Shown here: positions 55,403 through 64,000 of the stretch, piece by piece
Layout of the letters: each line of letters begins with the position of its first letter
Position numbering within the stretch: position 1 is the first letter of the stretch
Assembly (NCBI RefSeq): GCF_009914755.1
Contig: NC_060928.1
Strand: one strand, 5' to 3'
DNA from: the human T2T-CHM13v2.0 reference genome, Homo sapiens
DNA length: 64,000 nucleotides
Position numbers and translations under genes: made by a program
The notes under the pieces: generated by a model
What the model was told of the DNA's origin: nothing
What the model saw: the letters and a program-made list of their open reading frames with translations, nothing else
The model's database searches: none

Positions 55403-58009
55403 TCAAACATTAAATTAAGATTGAAATACTTTGAAAATACTTTGAAATACTTTTTTTTCTGTTTATTTTGTGATATTTGATCTCACAGCCACTTCTACAT
55501 GTAATTTGTCTTCTGGGTAGACTATAATAATAAACTTTTTTTCTTTTTCTTGAGAGTCTTGCATACTTTTCACATAATGACATGGTTTTTCTTTTTACAA
55601 ATGTCACGAGCATATCATGACGGACCATTTAGACCTCTAAATTGGCTCTTGATTTTTGCACTGAAAGAATATAATGGCACACAATGTTTCCAAAATAAAA
55701 ATATGTTGAGTTTATGAATATTTCTCTAGATGTATGTAAATATCTAAAAATTTTGTAAAATGAGAACCAGGTATCCTTTCATAGATACAAGATGAAACAT
55801 AAGCATGTGACTGACTAAAGCCTAAGGAATGGCAAAAAAAAAAAAGAAAAAATATGTGATTACCTGTGCTTCATAATAAAGGATTGCTGACCTTCTTAAT
55901 TTGCCCCCTTGCCGATGTGAGATTCACAGACTGGCTCCTACAAGTGAATATTACTTCTTCTGTAGGGATAGTGCCATAACTAAGCTGTTGAACTCTCACC
56001 CCTATAAGGCACTTATCTCTCTCTGCTCCAGCTCCATGACCTTGCCCATGGGGCTACCAGGACTTCTCTTGGTTGTCTCAATGCACCTCATATATTAGCC
56101 ACTATATGCTCTTTCAGAGTGAAAGACCATCACCCAAAACTTGGCCCAACTCTTCTATGTGTCATCATCTGAGGGCAGCAATAAAGAACTAGGCCAGATG
56201 CATCCACTAGAAGAAACCATGGTCTGAAACATCTGCATTTCAAATCCAGCTCTAGATGAATAATAAATCGAGATGTCTCTGACTTAAATTGGAAAAGAGG
56301 TCCCATGACTAATCATGCCTCTTAGAGTAAAAAAAAAAAAATAAGATCATCTTCATTTTCTGCCTTTGCACTTCAGTGCTTACCTGCAGATGGTTAAATA
56401 CAATTGAGAAAGTAGTTGTTTTAAGCAAGGCCATGAATATTTACCTTCATTTTTTTCTTGTTTTATTAAAAAGAGAAAAGTAAAACAAGTTACTTTTTAA
56501 AAATTTAAAGTAGAGAAGGTGCAGCACAGAAAAAAAAAACCCTATAAAAAGGCAGACCTGTAACATCTAAATTAAATAAAAATTTAGAAGGACCAGGCCT
56601 TCCAGTGATGGCTGTTTCATTATTTACTGTAAACAAAGTACGGAGACCTCTGGAGGCTAATGGTGCTGTTGATTGGTGTTTACTCATCCCAGCAGGATCT
56701 GGTTTCTGATAATCTAGGACTTCTGTGTACTGATGAGTGTAGGCTGGTGGTGAACTAGTAGAGCCCACTTCAAGGTAGGAGAGAATGGCTTGTAAGTTCT
56801 TTGTGGCTAGGTTGAGCTGAAAGACTTTGTTTATTTAGAATTCCTCCCAAGTCCTCTAGGACCCTAGCAAGGGCTGCAGAAGTCAAATTTCCTAACGTCC
56901 TGTGTGTCTTTGTAGAAGAATCTGGTTGGTAAAAGGCTAAATAAGAAATCTACCACATTCTTCAAAGGAGCCCAGGACATTTTATCAGATATTTATTGTT
57001 TCCTTTTACATAGTGATGTTTTGGTAGATTGTCGTTTAAGCATAAGCTATTTCAAACTGAACGAGGACAATTATTAACATTTGCTCTAAGAGTGAATTTT
57101 TCAGAAAAAAACAAAGGTAATCTACATTTTGACGACATTTTAATTTTCTTTGCTTTCATGGCCTTTTAGGTTTAAGACCTAAAAGCAGATATTAAGATGA
57201 TTTTGACAAGTTCTGCCACAGAAACTTGGAGCTTCGTTATAAGTAAGCTCCCATGAGAAAGTTTATTCCCTCATGGTGGTTGTTCTGGATAAGAAATATA
57301 ACTTTTGGATGCTTAACCCAATGATGATCCCAACTTTTTGTGGTCTGACGACCATTGATTATGTGATTTCTGTCTTAGAACCACGGAGATGGTGTATGCA
57401 ATAATGGCTTTGGATAAACTCAGTGACATTACACTTAAACCATAGTGAGTGCTAATACCTAGTAGCTATTTGATCTTGTCAGAATCATTTCTTTTCTGCC
57501 TCCAACCGAATTACCACAGTTCTGCTTCTCCACCAAAAGGAATGAGACACTGCTTTCCATTTATCCAATTAGGCTTTGCTGAGGATCACATTTTGATTGA
57601 AATGCAAAATTTGAAAGCCCACTGATTTGTTACAATTTCAGTAGTTTCAACACATATATTTTAAGCTTGCTGCAGTTTAGAGAAAGATGTTTCACATTTC
57701 TTATCATTTTGTTGTGTCTTTATCATTCATCATTAATAGTCTTAATTAAATTTACCATATTTCTCTTTCAGAATCTGTGTTTAAAAAGAAGTTATAGCTT
57801 AAAAGATGGTATATAACTAGTATAAGAGTAAAACAGTTCTCTCAATCTGTTTCTTTGTCCCAGAATGACATTTTATGACTATCAAATACATATATCCCTT
57901 CTTAGTGAATGTTAGTTTTTTAAAAAATATTGATAGAAGTGGACAAAGGTTAACCAGTAATTTAAAAAATTAATTTGCTGATTGTGTAAGAAAAGATAAA
58001 TCTTATATC

Positions 58010-58640
58010 TATTAATCCATCAAGAAGTGTTTATTGAGCAGCTACCATTATATCTAAAATGGTGACAGATATTGTGCAAAGTAAAGGAAAAGAATATTCT
58101 GGATTCTCTCAAGGGAACCACATGAGGCAGACATGACACATAGGAAAACACTGGATAACACAGACAAGCACATAAGTGCATGCTGGGTTACGCAGTTGAG
58201 CTAATTAGCAAGACAGAAATTCAGTGATGAGCATGGGCTAAGGAGAAGTTGTTTGGAAGAAGCAGAGTGGGGAATAAACCTTCACAAAAGGCCTGAATTA
58301 GAGAAGAGAGGAAGAGGCAAAATGTGGGTCACACATGCTATGTGATCAGAAGCCAATAAAAAGGAACTAGTCTGAAGAGAAGAGCTAGTTTTAAGAAAAA
58401 GTGTTCGGATAGCTAGCAGGATTGAAATCCAGAAACAGAATTTTCATTTTGTGTATTTGTTAAGAGGGAGGCACTGCTGGCTTTGAGGCAGAGAAGTAAA
58501 ACTCCATAAAAATATGTAGAATATGTAATTTGAATAAGGGAAAAATCTAGGGCCAGTGAATAGGAAGGCTTAAGCATAGATGGGCAATGGAGATTGAGCA
58601 AAAACTATTTGTACAGGATTAATTTTGCATTTAAATATGT
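58010..58640 (-). mobile_element. L2 3' portion
   Basis: atccatcaagaagtgtttattgagcagctacc...ctctcaagggaacc. Confidence 0.65.
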
Positions 58641-58779
58641 TTTAGTTTTATTATTGAATATTCACATTAAAGAACTGAAATTTGTTATGCTTTGCTTTTC
58701 TATAACTTTTTAGCTTGATTTTTTAAATAATATTCCAAAACTACATTGACATGTTTTTTAAGTTTTATAGTTATGTTAT

Positions 58780-59200
58780 AATAATGACATACCTACACTG
58801 AAGACATTTTAAAAAATACTAAACCAGTAAAAACATAAATTAAAATCACATAAAATTCCACTTTACTTTGAAATCATTACCATTAATATTATAGCATACA
58901 ATTTTTAAGTTACTTCTGTACTCACATTTTTGCTGTCAAAAAATAGCATAATACAATACCCTTATTCTATAGTCTCCTTTTTTAAACTGGAGTATATAAT
59001 GAACTTTTTCCTGTGACATTTCAATAGTATTCTATAATGCCAATTTAAATGGTTATATTGTACTGCATGGTAGAAATAGACCATGTTTATTTCCTTAGTG
59101 TCCTACTCTTGAGTTTTAAGTAGTTGCCAAGTTTTCTTATGAAAATGGTTGCATAAACATCCTTGTAGCTAGATCTTTGAGTGCATACAAGATAATTGTT
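58780..59200 (-). mobile_element. Old L1M fragment
   Basis: aatggttatattgtactgcatggtag...accatg...tttaagtagttgccaagtttt...ataaacatccttgtagctagatcttt. Confidence 0.7.
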
Positions 59201-60687
59201 GATATTATAGTGAAGTCAAAATTATTTATTAACATTTGGCTTAAAAATAAACACACTAGTAATTTAGATTTTTTTAAAGCAGGTTACTAAAGTTCCTGCC
59301 ATGTGCAATTTGCACTGCTAGGTGTCATGTAAAATGAATTATACAAGTTAAAACCCATACTGTTATATAGTACCAGATAGGATGCCCAAGATACAGCCTG
59401 CCCAATTCATACTCTAGGAATGGAAAATTTTGATTTTAGAGAACACTAAAAAATGAGTTGGGAGGGTAGTTTTGGACCCACCCTCAGGTAGTAGTGGTGT
59501 GATTATAGACTAAGGAGTTTATAAATGATTCAACCAATTAAGATTTTAAAAACATATCTTTTGTACATTTAAAATGCTTTAAGGCAGAGTGATGAAGGTA
59601 TGAAGACTGAAGTGAAGAGAAGAATATTTACAGCTAGGGATACAAAATGGAAGGTTACTGCCATTTTGTAAGGTGTGTGACCATGGGGTCATGGAGATAC
59701 AAACTGTCAGGGAGGAAGAGGCAGGCATAACTGAAAGAGAACCTTCAGTTAATGTAGCTCTCAGTTTTCTTGATCTGGGAGGACTGGAGCCAAAGACATA
59801 ATCTCCAATAACCACAGCAAAGGCAGTGGAGGGACTGAGTGGGAAACCGCTAGATCTGCAATCAGTTGTAATGGAAGAACCAAAGTTTTCTTTGAAACTT
59901 AGAATAGCATAATGAAGTAGGATGAACATATTCTTTGTAAGATGTTCAAAACTCCTCAAATCATGTAACAAATTAAGGAAAAAAAACCAGGAAAGAAGCA
60001 TTAAAGAATAAATTCTGGTATTAGTAAAGTTCTAAAATAATTCGTTTTTATATGATTTACATGCTCTTGCTTTGCATATTATTTTAATAAACAGATTCAC
60101 TCTATGTCAAGCATTTACATTAACTTTTTCCAGTAGTCTAACGGCTATTGAAACCAGAATCTCCCGACAATAAAAAAACTTTCTTTTAATTGTTTTCTAC
60201 TAATATTTTTTACACATTTACCCAACACAAACTTCTCATTCTCTGCTCAAGTTTATCTTGTCCTTATTTTAAAAAGTAAAAGCTATTTTTTATTGGGTAC
60301 TTATTATGTACCAGACAGGTGCGAAATATTCTATGGGAAAATTATCTTGTTTACACTTAATGTCATGGAACTTGTTTTTGAAAAATGCTTTGCAACTGCT
60401 GCCATTGCTATTAGCTAGAGAGTATGAAAACAGAGTTATGGAATGGATAGTTCTGAAATCTTACTTTAATGTGACTATCCCCTCGTGTCTATTTAATCTC
60501 TCTTTATCTGGATACATGGCTATGATAATTAATTTCTACTGAGTTCTAAGGGATGCTATCATAGAGCCATTTAAAAACTTTACTATGGGCTTATATTATC
60601 ATTGCTTTTTGAATAATTGTAATAGCATGTCCATGATATTGCAATTGTTTTTACCTTTAATAGTGAAGAAATTTTAAATATATGATT

Positions 60688-60990
60688 CATTTGCAAATAT
60701 AAATGCACAGCATAATGCAAATTATGTAATGAATTTGGCTTTTGGAAGTAGGGTTATACCAAGACCTAAATAAATGCCTTTGTGTTTGAGCGATGAAGTG
60801 ATCAAACTATCTTCTGCCTTCTTTCAGCTGAGTTTCCTTTCCCATGGAAGTTTCCCTCTCTCCTGGAGAAAATTTGGCTGTAAAAGATGTGCATGCAAAT
60901 GTCCACAGGTGTTGAGCCTATAGCATAATGTCAGGCACGCAAATGAACAGCACAGGAGCTTAGTAAACTATACATGCATCTGCAAATAAT
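60688..60990. promoter_or_regulatory. Candidate enhancer: octamer, E-box and kappaB-like motif cluster
   Basis: ATGCAAAT at 60715 and 60893, near-octamers at 60691, 60937 and 60980, GGAAGTTTCC at 60846, E-boxes CAGCTG, CAGGTG and CATCTG. Motif evidence only. Confidence 0.35.
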
Positions 60991-62366
60991 TGCCCATGGT
61001 TACTGAAATTGGGCCAACAGTGTTTTGTTTTGTTTTTTTTCTTAAAGACCCTATGTATATGTTGCTCTTAACTTGCTCCAGATTTTGTTTCTAAGTTGCA
61101 CCCACAATTTCTAAAGGTACAGACAAGAATAAGACCGCCTTTTTTCTATAGAATATTTCATATACTTGAGACCCAGAAATATGTAAATCTTTTTTCTATG
61201 TTAAGCTTACAGAGATTTTATGTGTATGATTTAAGCTTAATGTATAGGAAAAATATTGAAAAAGAATGCTTGCATCTTTTGCACCATAAGTCTTTAAGAC
61301 ACTATTCATTCTGTGGTTCAACTCTTCCTGAGTAAAGACCTACAAGATAAATTTCTTTTAGAACTTAGCTGCAGCAGAAAAACAAAGTTCACCTTAAAAA
61401 TTAACAGCTATGCTTCATTATATTGGCCAAGAGAATTAGACATTTCAATTTTTCCTAGTCATTTGGCTCAGTGTAATGTAGACAGGTTATATGTGAGAGA
61501 GATATATATATTTTATATATATATATATATATATAATTTCATTTTAATCCTTCAGTTCAAGTCAATACAAAATGACACAGCGACATAATTGGAAAACACA
61601 TTCATTAGGAAGACTGATAGTAACATCCTATCATGGGAACTGCAGTACTCCTATTTCTATCCAAGAACTCACTCGGAATTGTTAAAGATGTTATGCTCAC
61701 TGCCCTCATTCTCACTCCCAGTGTTGCTTTCTATGTTAGGTCTCCATTATTTTATACACTCGTCTCCTTCATTCCAGTCTGTTTCCTTTGAAGCCATCCA
61801 AAATATTACCACAGGTTTTCTCTATAATGGAAATCTTTGCATTTCTCTCACTTGCTTTTGAGCCATAAATGACTCCCCAAGGATCTACCATAAAATAAAG
61901 GGTTGTGGGATGATTTGTAGCTGTTATATCAAAAAAGCATTCTCTATTCAAATACATTGGAAAGTTTTTTGGAGTTAAATGGATTTCTTTATTGCAAGAC
62001 TACTCAGAGCCTTTAGTGTTCTAAGGTTGATGGGAACCACAGAGAGAGCTATAGAAAGGTATGTATAATTTCTCAGACATATGTATACATAGTACCCTTT
62101 TTTGTGGAGGTTTGGGGGCACAAATGGGTGGAGAACTACTCTTTGGGAAACAGGTAACTGCAAAAAGAATTTCCAAGTCCTTCTTCTTACAGAGAGTATC
62201 CTCTACACCCTCATCCCATCTGCTTTCTCAGCCTCATCTTGGCCATAATATACACTGTACTTAAGCTGGAGTATTTGCTATTTCTGGGCCACATCATGCT
62301 TTCTCATCTCGGTGTGAGTTTATACTGTTTTATTTGCTTATGAACACATTTCCTCCTTTCTGCTAG

Positions 62367-62762
62367 TGTATTAGTCCATTCTCATACTTCTGTAAAGAAC
62401 TGTCTGGGACTGGGAAATTTATAAAGGAAAGAGGTTTAATTAACTCACAGTTCAGCATGGCTGGGGAGGCCTCAGGAAATTTACAATCATGGCAGAAGGT
62501 GAAGGAGGAAGCAAGGCACCTTCTTCACAAAGCAGCAGGAAGGACAAGTGCAGACTGAATGGGGCAAGAGCCCCCTATAAAGCCGTCAGGTTTTGTGAGA
62601 ACTCACTCACTATCATAAGAATAGCATGGAGGAAACCCTCCCCCCAACCATGATGCAATTACCTCCACCTGGTCTCTCCTTTAACACCTGGGGATTATGG
62701 GGATTACAGGGATTATAATTCAAGATGAGATTTGGGTGGAGACACAAAGCCTAACCATATCA
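62367..62762 (-). mobile_element. THE1 (THE1D-like) solo LTR, MaLR
   Basis: tgtattagtccattctc...aaaggaaagaggtttaattaactcacagttc...gtgagaactcactcactatc...caagatgagatttgggtgg...aaccatatca. Confidence 0.95.
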
Positions 62763-63009
62763 GCATGTAAAATTCATTGTCATTCTTCAAGATCCAGTTC
62801 AGATTTCTCCATTTCTATGAAGAATTTCTTCTTCTTTTTCTAAGGCAGAACTATTCCCTCCTTCTTCCTGTTGTCACTGAACTTTTTCTCAAGCTTCTAT
62901 TATTGAATGAATCACTGTACATTATTCATTTATTTCATCACACAAATCTTTTATTTTTATAAAGAAAGCACACTCACAATTTAAACTTCCTATTAAATGT
63001 AAAGATGAA

Positions 63010-63491
63010 TATGGGTTAGCTAGTCTCCATTGATGCTCCTCTCCTCAATGAACCACACATACAAGATTTCATACCACCGAGTACTCTCTTACCCCTTGTA
63101 GCTGGGCTAGCCCTGTAATTTGCTGTTGATCACTAGACTCTTGTAAAAAGATACTACATAACTTTGGAGGCTAGTCATAAAAAGCCTTGCATTTTTCAAA
63201 TGGATCTCATGGAATGCTCATTCTAGGGGAAGCTAAACACCATGTAAGAAGGATGACTACTGTGAGACCACTGTGATGTGAGGAAGTTCAGGCTAGTTAT
63301 GTGACGAGAGACAGAGAAAGAAAGAGAGAGAGAGAGCCCAGACAGCACTGTGCTCTTCCAGACATTCCAGACAAGGTACCAGACATGTGAAAGAACTTAT
63401 TTTGTATCTCCAGCCCAAACACTATCTAACTGCAACTGCAAATTCATGACAGCTGTCCAGCTGAGTCCAGTCAATTTGGAAGTGGGATAAT

Positions 63492-63492
<1 letters not shown>
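63010..63492 (+). mobile_element. MLT1 (G/H-like) LTR, 3'-truncated
   Basis: ctgggctagccctgtaatttgct...ggctagtcataaaaagccttgca...catgtaagaag...accagacatgtga...ccagctgagtccagtcaa. Confidence 0.8.

Positions 63493-63493
<1 letters not shown>

Positions 63494-63537
<44 letters not shown>
63494..63537. repeat. (AC)22 perfect microsatellite
   Basis: Direct read, 44 bp uninterrupted. Confidence 0.98.
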
Positions 63538-63538
<1 letters not shown>

Positions 63539-63937
63539 GCATTCCCTTTAGGACCAGTTGAGGGTGGAAGCTGAAAGTAGGTTAAGGAGACTATTAGTAA
63601 AGTCTGTCTTAAAAATGTCAGCGGATTTCTTTTAGTTGTGCATTTTAATATTCAGGAAAAGACATAGAAAAAAAGAAAAAAAATCTGTTCAGTTTTCAAG
63701 TAAAATCTAGAGGAAGCATTTCTGAGACAATTACTTGCTAGATTCAAAAATAAAACCATTTCTCTTTTCCGTCTTCTCCAACCAGCAAGAGGCTCTTAAA
63801 AGAAGAAATGCCTCAGGTAAGGATAAAAACTAGGGTGCTACCAGGAAAACATCATCTTAGGGTAAATATTTCAAGATTCTTTGTTAAGAATTCAAAGATG
63901 TTTACAGTGTGCTTGGTAGGTCCCTCAGGTAGAACAT

Positions 63938-64000
63938 GTATTGACAAATTTTTTTTATTATTATTATAAAGAGCCAGATAGTAAATATTTTGGGTTTTGC
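63938..64000 (+). mobile_element. Start of a MER58-family element (runs off the window)
   Basis: taaagagccagatagtaaatattttgggttttgc. Confidence 0.8.

Noticed and set aside
59579-60001. Longest ORF (140 aa, minus strand)
   Set aside because: Ser/Leu/Phe-rich translation of the complement of a purine-rich, probably decayed repeat tract; no domain or convincing splice boundaries.

Overview
AT-rich, CpG-depleted primate (simian-type) genomic DNA, most likely deep intronic or intergenic. I found no CpG island, RNA gene or recognisable protein-coding exon, and I cannot name a host gene. The supplied ORFs are all short and either Alu/L1/L2-derived or chance frames. Much of the window is interspersed repeats: eight Alus (J and S types), old L1M and L2 fragments, MIRs, MER5/MER58/MER1 hAT elements, and MaLR (MLT1, THE1) and other old LTRs, several nested and several with readable target-site duplications (TSDs). 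A repeat-poor block of about 10 kb spans roughly 22.3-32 kb. The most distinctive non-routine signal is a ~133-bp, ~92%-identical inverted duplication of non-repeat sequence (26099-26231 vs 33543-33674). Its 26-kb copy carries the first 12 nt of the neighbouring Alu, which suggests it was copied from the 33.6-kb site after that Alu inserted. Other points worth checking are closely spaced inverted Alus, two neighbouring tandem duplications, an old Alu with a pure A45 tail, an octamer/E-box/kappaB-like motif cluster, a TGACA palindrome cluster and a few candidate non-coding exons. I see no evidence for a novel multi-gene biological system. Repeat subfamily names and edges were assigned by eye and are approximate.
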